Assembly (NCBI GenBank): GCA_036170655.1 | Contig: JAVHPP010000050.1 | Location: forward strand, 1-49,690 | DNA from: Candidatus Zixiibacteriota bacterium | GTDB taxonomy: Bacteria > Zixibacteria > MSB-5A5 > WJJR01 | Direction: 5' to 3' | Length of the DNA stretch: 49,690 bases | Shown: piece after piece, positions 8,610-18,830 of the stretch | Position numbering within the stretch: position 1 is the stretch's first letter | Layout of the letters: every line of letters begins with the position of its first letter | The notes under the pieces: generated by a model | What the model was told of the DNA's origin: nothing | What the model saw: only the letters and a program-made list of their open reading frames with translations | Databases searched by the model: none | Made by a program: the position numbers and the translations under genes

Positions 8610-10727
8610 ATGAGACTTTCAGCAGGATTAGACAAGATCTTCCGGCCGCAGTCGATCGCTGTCATCGGCGCGACCGACCGCAAGGGTACGATCGGGCGTG
8701 AGATTACACACAACCTCGTTTCTTATGGCTTTACGGGTAAGGTATTCCCCGTAAACCCCAGCGTACAAGTCATTCACTCGATCAAGTGTTATCCGTCGAT
8801 TCTGGACATTCCCGATGCGGTCGATCTCGCGATCATCGTGGTCCGCAAGGATCTTGTCTTGCCGGTTGTCGACGAGTGCGGGCGCAAAGGGGTTGGCGGC
8901 GTTGTGGTCATCACCTCTGGTTTCAAGGAAGTGGGTCCCGAGGGCGCGAAGCGCGAGGCGGCCGTGCTCGAACGTGTCCGTCATTATGGGATGCGGATCA
9001 TCGGTCCAAACTGCTTTGGTGTGATCAACACGCATCCCGATGTCATGATGAACGCCACTTTTTCGCGGACCGCGCCGCTCCCCGGCAAGATTGGATTCAT
9101 GTCGCAGTCGGGCGCTCTGGGGGAGGGAATCCTAAACCATGCTCGAAAGCTGGGCATCGGTTTTTCGATGTTTGCTTCGGTGGGGAACAAGGCCGATATC
9201 TCGGGGAATGCCCTCTTGGACTACTGGAAGGATGACGAGGCAACCCAGATCATTCTGCTCTATCTGGAGAGTTTCGGCGCTCCCGAGACCTTCACCAAGA
9301 TTGCCCGCGACATCACGAAGACCAAGCCGATCATCGCCGTGAAATCGGGGAAGACGACCGCCGGCGCACGCGCCACTGCGTCGCACACCGGCGCGCTTGC
9401 GGGGTACGACATCGGCGTGGATGCCCTGTTTGAACAGTGCGGTGTGCTGCGGGTCAACTCGATCGAAGAGCTTTTCGATCTGGCGAAGGCGTTTGACCAG
9501 CAGCCCGTTCCCAAGGGAAATCGTGTTGCGATTCTCACCAATGCCGGCGGGCCTGGTATCCTCGCCACCGATGCCGCGGCCAGCATCGGGCTTGATGTTG
9601 TTCATCTTGATCCCAAGACGATCAAAGCGCTCAAGGCAAACCTTCCTCCGGAAGCAGCCACGGGTAACCCGGTTGATATGATCGCATCGGCGACGCCCGC
9701 CCAGTTCGAGATGGCGCTGGACCAGTTGTCATCCGATCCGAATGTCGATGCGCTCGTCGTTGTGTTTGTGCCGCCGATCATGATCGACGAACTGGCGGTT
9801 GCCGACGCGATCATCAGCGCACGTGCACGCGCCAGCAAGCCCTACCTGACCTGTTTCATGGGTCCCGGTGAAGGTTCCGCCGGTGCGGATCGTCTCAAGG
9901 CCGCCGGGATTCCGGTGTACACATTCCCCGAAGCGATCGCCAGCACCTACGCAATGATGGTCAAGCACGCGGCATGGCAAAAGCGTCCTGCTGGGACATT
10001 TCCCCCGGTGACAGCGGGCGTTTTGGCCGCGCGCGACACCTTGACAAAGGTATCGCAGAGCGGGAGGACACTTGTTCTGGGGGGAGAGGCGCTCGACATT
10101 GTGGCCCAGAGCGGCATTCCCACCGCGCCGCTTTGGCTCGCCAAGGACTTGAATCAGGCGTTGAATCTGGCGGAATGCACCGGATACCCTGTCGTCTTGA
10201 AGCTCGAGGCGCAGGGACTTGTACACAAGACCGATATCGGCGGTGTTATGACCGACATACGCAATGACAACGAGCTGAGAAAACAATATCAAACTCTCAT
10301 GAGGCGGGCCGAAGAGAAGGGGTTGGCCGATGCGAGAGTCGTGGTTCAGGCCATGGTCAAGGGCGGTGTCGAGATGGTCTTGGGTATGGTCCGCGATCCC
10401 AAGTTCGGCCCGCTGATCATGTGCGGTTTGGGTGGTGTTTTCGTCGAAGTGATGAAAGACGTCGCCTTCAAGCTGCCGCCATTGTCAGAGGAAGACGCCC
10501 ATGAGATGATCGATCATCTCAAGGCCAAGCGGCTGCTCACGGGATACCGGGGATCGGCGCCGATAAGCCTCGATCCGCTGGTGAATGCGCTGGTCGCCCT
10601 CTCGCGGCTGGTCGAGAATTTTCCTCTCATTCAGGAACTCGATATCAACCCGTTCATGGTGTGCGCTGATGGTGCTCAGTCACGTGCAATTGATGCGCGC
10701 TTCGTGCTCTCGGGACCGGCGAGCTAG
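8610..10727 (+). CDS. Acetate/acyl-CoA ligase (ADP-forming), fused alpha/beta
   Basis: CoA-binding SIAVIGA, IIGPNCFG, SQSGA, phospho-His motif ASHTGALAG, and a C-terminal ATP-grasp (HKTDIGGV, ELDINP). Confidence 0.95.
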   Translation: MRLSAGLDKIFRPQSIAVIGATDRKGTIGREITHNLVSYGFTGKVFPVNPSVQVIHSIKCYPSILDIPDAVDLAIIVVRKDLVLPVVDECGRKGVGGVVVITSGFKEVGPEGAKREAAVLERVRHYGMRIIGPNCFGVINTHPDVMMNATFSRTAPLPGKIGFMSQSGALGEGILNHARKLGIGFSMFASVGNKADISGNALLDYWKDDEATQIILLYLESFGAPETFTKIARDITKTKPIIAVKSGKTTAGARATASHTGALAGYDIGVDALFEQCGVLRVNSIEELFDLAKAFDQQPVPKGNRVAILTNAGGPGILATDAAASIGLDVVHLDPKTIKALKANLPPEAATGNPVDMIASATPAQFEMALDQLSSDPNVDALVVVFVPPIMIDELAVADAIISARARASKPYLTCFMGPGEGSAGADRLKAAGIPVYTFPEAIASTYAMMVKHAAWQKRPAGTFPPVTAGVLAARDTLTKVSQSGRTLVLGGEALDIVAQSGIPTAPLWLAKDLNQALNLAECTGYPVVLKLEAQGLVHKTDIGGVMTDIRNDNELRKQYQTLMRRAEEKGLADARVVVQAMVKGGVEMVLGMVRDPKFGPLIMCGLGGVFVEVMKDVAFKLPPLSEEDAHEMIDHLKAKRLLTGYRGSAPISLDPLVNALVALSRLVENFPLIQELDINPFMVCADGAQSRAIDARFVLSGPAS

Positions 10728-10754
10728 ATTACAGGGCTACGCAAACGTGCCGGA

Positions 10755-10986
10755 AACTAGAAGGCCCCTCGCTCGGCGAGGGGCCTTCTGTCAAGAAAGG
10801 GGGAGAACGACCTCCGTTTACGTCTTGTAGGGCATGTGTGAAGACACTACCTGGGCCATAGAAGGCTGTTCTCCCGGGGGCTTATGGGCAATGATTCTCT
10901 GTGGAATCTGCCGCGAATCTTGTCCTCTTTGTTGTACTGCTTGTTGGATTGCCGGCTATCAGCCATGAATACCAACGTTCTCCTCA
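10755..10986 (-). ncRNA. Candidate ~230-nt structured RNA (or mRNA of a 39-aa sORF, 10847-10966)
   Basis: Lies between a sigma70-like promoter and a strong hairpin. It contains several stems whose G-U pairs form only on the minus strand. Confidence 0.42.
10759..10789 (-). terminator. 14-bp perfect stem-loop, likely intrinsic terminator (possibly bidirectional)
   Basis: AGAAGGCCCCTCGC-TCG-GCGAGGGGCCTTCT. On the minus strand it is followed by AGTTT. Confidence 0.7.
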
Positions 10987-10991
10987 CTGTC

Positions 10992-11019
10992 AATTTAGGG
11001 TGCGTCGCCGATGTGTCAA
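10992..11019 (-). promoter_or_regulatory. Sigma70-like promoter
   Basis: TTGACA (11019-11014), 16-nt spacer, TAAATT (10997-10992). Confidence 0.55.
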
Positions 11020-11156
11020 CACGTTTTGCAGAAAAAATCTGCGCGATTTGTGTTATTGTCTTTGCTATTACAGAGGCGGGCTTCCCGAGGTCGATGGTCT
11101 GGCTTTCTGTCCTCTCTCCCTTTGGAGAGACTTCCCTCTCTGTTGTAACAGTATGT

Positions 11157-11840
11157 CTATAAAAGTCTTACGTCTCGTGAATGGGTCTGCCAATAGATGA
11201 GAAAAGATCCTTCACGCCAACTGAGTTCGGCACGAGCTGACAGGAGTTGATTGGAGATCCCATCGTGCCCCCCGATATACAAGTCACTGTCTTGCAACGG
11301 GTAACGAAGCCCCTGTGAGGAAATGCCATGGGCCGCGGGCGCCGGAATCAGCGAGATGCGGTCACCTGCCTGACCAGTAATTACCAATGGTGATTCCTCG
11401 GCCAGAAACGCCCAGCCGCCCTCGTCGTGAAGAATAATGCGGACCTGCCTCCGATATTTCAGCATCAGACTGACGGCATTAACTGAGTGGTCGAGTCTGT
11501 CGCCAGTTGCTCCAACAACGTCGGCGTGAAAAAGTCCTCTGTCAAACGTCCAACGGATGGCTTTCTCCAAATCGGTGTCGTCCTGATTTGGGTCGTGATG
11601 TCGTGAACGTTCGGGAACGGCAGTCAGACGGTCCGGCGGTGCAGAGTCCATGTCCCCGATCACCACGGTCGGCGTCAGTCCGCATGACTCGACCGTGATC
11701 AAGCCCGAATCGACAGCGACGATGCAGGCAGCTGCCCCCGCGAGGACTTGAAGCCGTGAAGAACTGATCGGCAGTCCGCCGGCGACAATGAGCGCACGCG
11801 GCAGATTCGGTTCGGCATCACTGCTGTCCACGAACGCCAC
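11157..11840 (-). CDS. thiN: Thiamine diphosphokinase
   Basis: VAVDSG, IGDMDS, QDDTDLEKA, GATGDRLDH, GLRYPL and GISN. Confidence 0.93.
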   Translation of the reverse strand: MAFVDSSDAEPNLPRALIVAGGLPISSSRLQVLAGAAACIVAVDSGLITVESCGLTPTVVIGDMDSAPPDRLTAVPERSRHHDPNQDDTDLEKAIRWTFDRGLFHADVVGATGDRLDHSVNAVSLMLKYRRQVRIILHDEGGWAFLAEESPLVITGQAGDRISLIPAPAAHGISSQGLRYPLQDSDLYIGGHDGISNQLLSARAELSWREGSFLIYWQTHSRDVRLL

Positions 11841-12017
11841 ATTAGGGGATGATCTTCAGCCAAGACAAGAGCAAAAGGGAGAACGGGGCTCGCTTTCCCC
11901 TGCCGCCTCCTTCGTGTCAGTTGCCAGAAACGATCTTTGCGCTCGGCACACCCACGTTGTTTCTTCTGTATGACAACAGTGTCGGCGCATGGTCGCTGAC
12001 GGCCACGGAGGATTTCA

Positions 12018-13379
12018 ATGGAATGGCTGTTCCTGCTCATCGGTGTTCTGGTCGGCGGGGCTGCGGCGTGGTTTCTGGGCGGCGCGCAGGCTCGCGGGAG
12101 CCTCGCAATTGTCCGGCAGCAGATTGATCAGAAGGATGGCGAGATTCTCAAGCTGCGTGAACTCTACGATACAGAACGCGTCGATCACGCCGCCCTGAAA
12201 TCGAAGTTCGGGGAGAAGGAGGAAGCGTTCGCGGCGCAGAAGTTATTTGTGGAGGAGGCCGTCAAGAAACTGTCGGATACCTTCGCCGCCCTCTCCAAGG
12301 ACGCGCTCGGCAGCAACAATCAGATGTTTTTGGATCTGGCCAAGAGCACGTTGGAGACACTCGTCACCGACGCCAAGGGCGATCTTGGCAAGCGGCAGGA
12401 GGGAATCGACAACCTGCTAAAGCCACTGAATGAAGTGCTCATCCGCTACAATGATCAGGTCCAGCGGCTGGAGGAGAGCCGTCAGAAGGCGTACGGTGGT
12501 CTCGATCAGCAGCTGAAGAGTGTCGCCACGACCACTGCGTCGCTTCAGAAGGAGACCGGCAATCTGGTGCAGGCATTGCGTGCACCACAGGTTCGCGGAC
12601 GCTGGGGGGAATTGACGCTTCGAAATGCCGTTGAGTTGGCCGGGATGACCAAGTACTGCGATTTCACCGAACAGTTGTCGGTGGACACCGATTCCGGTCG
12701 GCTGCGCCCCGACATGATCGTCCACCTTCCGGGCGGTCGTGATATTGTCGTCGATGCCAAGGTGCCACTGGTTGCCTACCTCGATATGATTGCCGCCACG
12801 AATGATGACGATCGCCTTCTCCACCTGCGACGTCACGCCGGTCAGGCGCGGGAGCACATGCGCAAGCTGGCGACGAAGGAGTACTGGAACCAGTTCGAGA
12901 AGGCCCCAAATCTGGTGGTGATGTTCATTCCGGCCGAATCGTTTTTCAGCGCCGCCGCGGAGTTCGACCGGTTGCTGATTGAGGACGGCATCCGTAATAA
13001 CGTCATAGTCTCGTCGCCAACGACTCTGATTACCATCTTGCGCGGGGTTGCCATGGGATGGCGCGAGGAACAGATGACGGAGAATGCCAAGAAGATCAGT
13101 GCACTCGGAGCCGACATGTACGACCGCATCGCGACCTTCGTGAGAAACTTTTCCGCCGTGGGGACGTCTCTTGAGAAGGCGACCGAGGCGTACAACAAGT
13201 CTGTTGGCAGTCTCGAAAGCCGGGTGTTGGTCTCCGCACGCAAGTTCAAGGAGTTGGGCGCAACCACCCGTGAGGAGATCCCGGAGATCGAGCAGGTCGA
13301 GATCATTCCCCGTTCGGTCGAGGCCGACTCTTCCGCCTCCGATCAGGGAGATCTTTACCAACAGTCTCCTGAGACTTGA
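12018..13379 (+). CDS. rmuC: DNA recombination protein RmuC
   Basis: N-terminal TM helix, coiled coil, RGRWGE..L, RPDMIVHLPG, VDAKVPL, MFIPAE and SPTTL. Confidence 0.95.
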   Translation: MEWLFLLIGVLVGGAAAWFLGGAQARGSLAIVRQQIDQKDGEILKLRELYDTERVDHAALKSKFGEKEEAFAAQKLFVEEAVKKLSDTFAALSKDALGSNNQMFLDLAKSTLETLVTDAKGDLGKRQEGIDNLLKPLNEVLIRYNDQVQRLEESRQKAYGGLDQQLKSVATTTASLQKETGNLVQALRAPQVRGRWGELTLRNAVELAGMTKYCDFTEQLSVDTDSGRLRPDMIVHLPGGRDIVVDAKVPLVAYLDMIAATNDDDRLLHLRRHAGQAREHMRKLATKEYWNQFEKAPNLVVMFIPAESFFSAAAEFDRLLIEDGIRNNVIVSSPTTLITILRGVAMGWREEQMTENAKKISALGADMYDRIATFVRNFSAVGTSLEKATEAYNKSVGSLESRVLVSARKFKELGATTREEIPEIEQVEIIPRSVEADSSASDQGDLYQQSPET

Positions 13380-13397
13380 GGCAGGCAGGACAGGATC

Positions 13398-14984
13398 GTG
13401 CTGAGATTCCCAGACAGAGGTAGCTTGAAGCGAAGCATCCGACACCAGCTGCTGATCACCTGCGTGGGCGCGTTCTTGCTTTTTGATGCGGCCTCAGGGG
13501 TCAGCGACAGCGGATCACTGGCCAAGATTTCTCCCCGTGAATTGACCCGCTCACTGCCGTCGAAGTTGCTGAGTTTTCACTATGGGGCGTTTTCAGTCGG
13601 GGCGGACCAGGTTCTCGACCGTTCGATTGCCGTGGCCGAGGGCACTCTGGATCTGGGCGCCGGAAGTCTGGTGAAAGGCGAGGTCTGGGTCATCAATGGA
13701 AATCTTATTTTGGGTGGAGACGCACACATCGACGGGACCGTTCATCTCGTCAATGGCAGTCTCTTTCAATCCAAGGAATCGACAATCTCTGGGACAATTC
13801 AGCAGTACCGATGCGAATGTCGTCTGGACCAGGATCGCTACCATAAGAACAAGCAGGTCGCGTTTCGCTCAAAAGTCGATCCGAAGTCCCTGAAGCCGCG
13901 GCTGGTAGCGGGGTCGGGACCTGATACCCGGGTTGACTACTCGACGGTCTTCATTGGAGTGGCACGAGGGAACCCGGAGAACCCGCGTCCGCACTGGCGT
14001 GGCGACGCGCGTTTGATTGTGCCGTTCCGAGAGAACACGCGCGGGTTTGTGGGGTTTGACGCGGGGCTGCAGATTCCGCTGACGAAGAGAGGCACAACCC
14101 TGCATGTGGAGGGCTTCAAGAAGACCGTCACGAACGACGACTGGCAGATCACAGCAAACGAAAACTCGGCCGTGCTGATTCTCACCCACAATGATTTTCT
14201 GGATTACTATGAGCGATCCGGGGCAGCCATCGGCGTGACATTCCATCCATCGAAACCATTGTCTCTCGACGGCGGCATCTACTTTGATCATTCGCAGTCG
14301 CTGTCAACGCGCAGCGTTGCCTCTCTGGCGAACAATCGATTGCCATTGCGTGACAACCCGGCAGTGGATCGCAGTGAGATTTTTGGGACCATGTTCATAG
14401 CCAGATACGATACGCGGGATGACCCCCTGCGTCCGTCATCCGCCATATACGGACAACTGCTGATCGATGCCGGATGGAAGGTCCACCCCGGCGATTTTGA
14501 CTTCGCCACGGTGACTTTGGATCTGCGGCGGTATAATCGCCTATGGCGGGGGATCAATCTCGATATGCGTGGACGGCTTTTCACGGCAAACCGCGATCTG
14601 CCACGGCAGCGTTTTCAATCTCTGAATGGATACGGCGGCGTGAGAGGTCTGCACGACATCCCGTTCCCCGATAGGCGCGGGGACCGGCTGGCCCTGTTGT
14701 CGGCTGAGTTGCGAGTTCCGCTTCCGGCAATCCCCGTGTTCAAGATCGTTTTCACCCGCTGGGACATGCTCCTGTTCGCCGATGCGGGAATCCTGCGGTT
14801 GGAGGGCGGCTCTGCCGGTGCATTCAAATTTCTGAACACAGATCATCGCGCCTGGGGGAAATCGGTAGGCTTCGGAATATCCGGAGAGTCTTTCCTCCCC
14901 TATGTTGGTTTGTATGTGGCTCAGGATCTCGATGGTCGCAACAAACATCCGAGATTCATCATCCGCGCTGAGAGATCATTCTGA
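13398..14984 (+). CDS. Omp85/BamA-like surface-antigen beta-barrel protein with an N-terminal beta-helix-like domain
   Basis: Signal peptide, a short-repeat 'V.GEV.VINGNL.L.G.A.I.G.V' region, barrel motifs (RYDTRDDP..P, DLRRY, G.GGVRG, LFADAG) and C-terminal Phe. Confidence 0.65.
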   Translation: MLRFPDRGSLKRSIRHQLLITCVGAFLLFDAASGVSDSGSLAKISPRELTRSLPSKLLSFHYGAFSVGADQVLDRSIAVAEGTLDLGAGSLVKGEVWVINGNLILGGDAHIDGTVHLVNGSLFQSKESTISGTIQQYRCECRLDQDRYHKNKQVAFRSKVDPKSLKPRLVAGSGPDTRVDYSTVFIGVARGNPENPRPHWRGDARLIVPFRENTRGFVGFDAGLQIPLTKRGTTLHVEGFKKTVTNDDWQITANENSAVLILTHNDFLDYYERSGAAIGVTFHPSKPLSLDGGIYFDHSQSLSTRSVASLANNRLPLRDNPAVDRSEIFGTMFIARYDTRDDPLRPSSAIYGQLLIDAGWKVHPGDFDFATVTLDLRRYNRLWRGINLDMRGRLFTANRDLPRQRFQSLNGYGGVRGLHDIPFPDRRGDRLALLSAELRVPLPAIPVFKIVFTRWDMLLFADAGILRLEGGSAGAFKFLNTDHRAWGKSVGFGISGESFLPYVGLYVAQDLDGRNKHPRFIIRAERSF

Positions 14985-14990
14985 TAGCCG

Positions 14991-15926
14991 GTGACCGCAG
15001 ACATCATGACCCCGATTCTTGAGATCCGAGATTTATGCAAGACATACGGCCGTCTGCAAGCACTGCGCGGCGTCACGTTCGAGTTGCCGGGTCCCGGTAT
15101 CTACGGATTTCTCGGGCCGAACGGCGCTGGCAAGACGACGACAATCAAACTGATTGCGGGGCTGCTCAAGCCCACTGCAGGTACGATCCGGATTTGCGGT
15201 ATGGATCTTCTCGCCGATCCGGTATCTGCGTTGCGGCAGATCGGTGTCATGATGGAAACCCCGCAGTTCTATCCTCATCTGTCGGGGCGAGGCAATCTGC
15301 GAGTGCTGGCGCGTTTGTCTGGTTGTCGCGATGAAACGATGATCGATTCATTCCTTGAGCGCGTTGGGCTGTCTTCCAAGTCGGCGGAACGCGTCTCGAC
15401 TTACTCGCGGGGCATGCGGCAGCGGCTGGGGGTCGCAGCGGCCGTTCTCGGCCAACCACGGCTTGTGATTCTGGATGAACCGGCCAACGGGCTTGATCCC
15501 GCCGGCATCGTGGAAATGCGTGACTGGCTGAGGGAGATGACTTCACAGGAGGAACGTACCGTTCTTATTTCCAGCCATCAGATGGGGGAGATGGAGCGCA
15601 TTTGTGATGTCGTCACCATTATCCAGAAGGGCGCCATTGTTGCGACAGGCCGTCCGGAGGATCTGGTCAGAAACAAGAACTCGATCACTGTCCGTACACG
15701 CGCCCCGCAAGCCGCGGTGGAGACTCTACGTCGGGTGCAGGGCATCGACAAGATCGAGGTCGTTTCAGCGGATCAGGTGCGGGTCAAAACAGAATCACTG
15801 TCATCCGGGGAGATCAACCGGGTTCTTGTCCTCGGGGGTGTCGAAGTGATCGCAATCGCAAAGGAGAAAGAATCACTCGAGGACGTGTTCTTCCGTCTGA
15901 TAGGGGATAGCCGGGATGTGGCGTGA
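14991..15926 (+). CDS. ABC transporter ATP-binding protein
   Basis: GPNGAGKTT, YSRGMRQR, ILDEP and SSH. Confidence 0.96.
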   Translation: MTADIMTPILEIRDLCKTYGRLQALRGVTFELPGPGIYGFLGPNGAGKTTTIKLIAGLLKPTAGTIRICGMDLLADPVSALRQIGVMMETPQFYPHLSGRGNLRVLARLSGCRDETMIDSFLERVGLSSKSAERVSTYSRGMRQRLGVAAAVLGQPRLVILDEPANGLDPAGIVEMRDWLREMTSQEERTVLISSHQMGEMERICDVVTIIQKGAIVATGRPEDLVRNKNSITVRTRAPQAAVETLRRVQGIDKIEVVSADQVRVKTESLSSGEINRVLVLGGVEVIAIAKEKESLEDVFFRLIGDSRDVA

Positions 15927-16725
15927 TGCCTGTCGTGTCATGAGCACGGAATGGCTGAAGCTTCGCCGCTCGCGAGCGACGGCGACCGGATTGGTGGTCT
16001 ACGTTGCTGTGCTGGGTGTGCTTTACGCGGTGTACGCCATTGCTTCGCTTCGTTCGTTTGCCGGCATCAGATCGGGATTCTATGTTGCGGGTGCCGTTCT
16101 GTCCACCGCCACGACGCCACTGGCATTTGTCGCTGCAATGCTCGTGACATTCTCGATCGGACGCGAGTTCTCGCAGGGCACCATTCACAACGTCTGGGCA
16201 AGACCGCTCACAAGGCAAGGTTGGCTGCTGGGGAAGACCATTTCGGCGGCTTCCCATCTGGCTGTCTTCGGACTACTGACGCTTGTCCTTGTAATTGTTG
16301 CAGCAGGCATCCAGCTCGGGTTCTCAGATCTGATGGAGAAGGACTTTCTGATTCATACAGGGGCGGCGTTGTGGGGGCATCTCGCTCTGACCGTGTGTCT
16401 GACGTGGCTGGCGCTAAGCGCGGTCGTGGTGTTCGCAGCCGTCCCGGCGTTATCCATCGGTTCTCCGGGTGGTGCCTTCGCCGTTTCGTTGATCGCCGGT
16501 TTTATCTGTCAACTGCTCGATGGCTGGGATCCGATCAAACCGTTCCTGATCTCGACCTACCTGTCGTTGCCGTTGGACCAATTCGTTGCCATGTCAAAAG
16601 GACTGCCCCTGCCGCAGGCGTGGGGAACACTGCTCACGACCTGTCTCTTCGGTTTGGCCGCGTGGATTGCAGTTGGCTGGCTGTGGGCGTGGGTGCTTGT
16701 CCGCCGGAAAGAGGTGTTGAATTGA
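15916..16725 (+). CDS. ABC-2 type permease
   Basis: EWLKL N-terminus, 'REFSQGT...PLTR...GK' motif and about six hydrophobic segments. Confidence 0.88.
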   Translation: MWRDACRVMSTEWLKLRRSRATATGLVVYVAVLGVLYAVYAIASLRSFAGIRSGFYVAGAVLSTATTPLAFVAAMLVTFSIGREFSQGTIHNVWARPLTRQGWLLGKTISAASHLAVFGLLTLVLVIVAAGIQLGFSDLMEKDFLIHTGAALWGHLALTVCLTWLALSAVVVFAAVPALSIGSPGGAFAVSLIAGFICQLLDGWDPIKPFLISTYLSLPLDQFVAMSKGLPLPQAWGTLLTTCLFGLAAWIAVGWLWAWVLVRRKEVLN

Positions 16726-18323
16726 TGTGGGAGTCGAATTGCACCGCAGAGAGAGAGCATTCTCCTGAAAGACAGTCCCCGGCTGTGCGTTTTGTCCGGA
16801 GTGTACTGACCACACTCAGTGTGATCTGCGGAGTTGCTGTTCATCTGGCAATGGCCGGCCAGAATGACTTCTCGTTGTCAAAGCTGGCTGTGCCGGGGGA
16901 AGTCCTTGGACTCGTACCCGCCGACTTGGATGCAGACTCGCTTCAGGATCTTGTCATCTTCCATAAGAAGGGGCTCCCGCCCCAGGAGTCGCGCTGGGTC
17001 TCGGTGTTCTGGCAGGGGGCTAACGGCACATTCGGAACCGCGCCAGATCAGACTTGGGAGCTGGATACGCTCGCAACCGTGGCGGACGTCGGGAATATCG
17101 ACACTGACCCGAAGCTGGAAATCTGTTACCTGACGTCAAAGGATGTTCGGTACTACAAACTCGACGGCCGGCGCTATTCTGAACGCAATTCCGAGCTTTT
17201 CCCCTGCACAACCCTGACTGTTTTCCCATCCAGGAGCCAGTTGCCGATCGCGGATTTTGTCCGCGACTGGGATGAACGCCCAGGCGATGAGGTGGCGGTT
17301 TTCGACTTCAACGGACTTGCAATCCACCGGCCGGATCCTCACGGGCATTTCTCCCCCGGTTCAGTCATGCGCATCGATCTGCAGACGCATCTCAGAACCT
17401 CGCCTGTCGAGACCGATCGCGACCGTATCTCCGGCGTGGAGGCGTCATTCGTTTTCCCCGATATTACGATCGCCGACTACAATGGCGACAAGTCTGCTGA
17501 TATCATCGCGACGCTGGAAGACCGCTTGCAGATCTATCCGCAATCGGCGGAAGGCGTCTTCTCGCGCGAACCCGCAGCGAGCATCGCGTTCGATGTCCGA
17601 ACCGAGGAAGAGAAGCAGCAAGAAAACTCCGAGCTTCGAACCGTCGTGGCCGATCTGAACAAGGATGGCTTTGCCGACGCTGTGGTCTCCAAGATGACTG
17701 CCAAGGGGCTTTCCAGCTTCCGCAGTGTCCTGAGTATCTTCTGGGGAAGGTCCATCGGCTATGCGAAGATTCCCGATCAGGTGCTCATCTCCGAAGGGTC
17801 GGCGTCGGCAACGATGGCCATCCGCGACGTCAATGGCGACGGCTGTCTCGATCTCGTTGTGCCCTCGCTGCGTCTCTCCATTGTTGCCATCATCAGGATA
17901 TTGATCACACGCAACGTCCCCGTGACCTTCAACATCTTTCTCTGCCACGACGGTCAGCGCTATTCCGACCGGCCTGATTTCGAGAAGGAAGTGAACTTCA
18001 AGGTCGATCTGTCGGGGGAATCGGATACACAGGCGATGACGCTGGATGGCGATTTCGATGGGGACAAGATCAACGATTTTGTGCTGGCCACGGGCGACGA
18101 CGAACTATCCATCTTCCTCGGCGCTCAATCAAACGACAAGGATCTGTTCTCGCGGAAACCAGCGTCCGAAATCACTGCCGATGCGTTTGGTGACCTGATC
18201 TCGCTCGACTTGAATCACGATGGATATTCCGACATGATCCTGCATTACCCAAATACAAAGGACCGCAAGGGACTCGTAGAAGTGCTGATCAACCGGAAGA
18301 CTGTTAGCGGCGCAACGCACTGA
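16725..18323 (+). CDS. Secreted FG-GAP/VCBS repeat protein
   Basis: Multiple D.(D/N).DG..D motifs (DYNGDKSAD, DLNKDGFAD, DVNGDGCLD, DFDGDKIND, DLNHDGYSD). The ATG overlaps the permease stop (TGATG). Confidence 0.88.
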   Translation: MWESNCTAEREHSPERQSPAVRFVRSVLTTLSVICGVAVHLAMAGQNDFSLSKLAVPGEVLGLVPADLDADSLQDLVIFHKKGLPPQESRWVSVFWQGANGTFGTAPDQTWELDTLATVADVGNIDTDPKLEICYLTSKDVRYYKLDGRRYSERNSELFPCTTLTVFPSRSQLPIADFVRDWDERPGDEVAVFDFNGLAIHRPDPHGHFSPGSVMRIDLQTHLRTSPVETDRDRISGVEASFVFPDITIADYNGDKSADIIATLEDRLQIYPQSAEGVFSREPAASIAFDVRTEEEKQQENSELRTVVADLNKDGFADAVVSKMTAKGLSSFRSVLSIFWGRSIGYAKIPDQVLISEGSASATMAIRDVNGDGCLDLVVPSLRLSIVAIIRILITRNVPVTFNIFLCHDGQRYSDRPDFEKEVNFKVDLSGESDTQAMTLDGDFDGDKINDFVLATGDDELSIFLGAQSNDKDLFSRKPASEITADAFGDLISLDLNHDGYSDMILHYPNTKDRKGLVEVLINRKTVSGATH

Positions 18324-18356
18324 TTCAGTGCCCCGATGACGCTGAGTCGCCAGGGA

Positions 18357-18830
18357 TCAATGGCGCAGCCGCGCCAGCAGCAGACGCCGCTCTTCGGGGG
18401 TGGTACGCTGATCCAGAAGTGGATAGAGGAAGTTTTTCTCGCGCATGTCGTGGTGCTCGAGCAGGCGTTTCAATTCATACTCACGCTCGATCAACTGAAT
18501 GATCTTGCGCCCATCCAAGGCATCCGCCGCAGCCAGCACATCCATCAACGCCGATATCTCCTGGAGGAAGCTGCGAATCTTGTTGTGCTCGGCGAGAAAC
18601 AACTCCACTGTCCCGCCGGGTGGGAGCGGGCCGCGCGACGCGTAGAGTGTGAGCAGATGCTGTTCCTCATCGGTGGCGTGTCTGGCCAGCCCGGACGAGA
18701 ATTCCCGCCAGGATAAGACAGCGTCGTCTATCTTGCCCAGTACCATGCCGACTTGATGTTCTGCCAGCTTTCCGTCGAGGGCCCGGTGCAGATCCATAAG
18801 CACAAGAAACGATTCCTCAGATTCCGCCAT
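18357..18830 (-). CDS. Hemerythrin (HHE) domain protein
   Basis: H...H(ATD)EE...EH...HH(DMR)EK..LYP. ATG follows GGAGG. Confidence 0.85.
   Translation of the reverse strand: MAESEESFLVLMDLHRALDGKLAEHQVGMVLGKIDDAVLSWREFSSGLARHATDEEQHLLTLYASRGPLPPGGTVELFLAEHNKIRSFLQEISALMDVLAAADALDGRKIIQLIEREYELKRLLEHHDMREKNFLYPLLDQRTTPEERRLLLARLRH

Noticed and set aside
12417..13445. 342-aa minus-strand ORF
   Set aside because: Antisense shadow of rmuC with no motifs.
15951..16724. N-terminal 258 aa of the 790-aa ORF
   Set aside because: It overlaps the ABC permease in another frame and has no recognisable protein features. The FG-GAP gene plausibly starts at the coupled ATG 16725.
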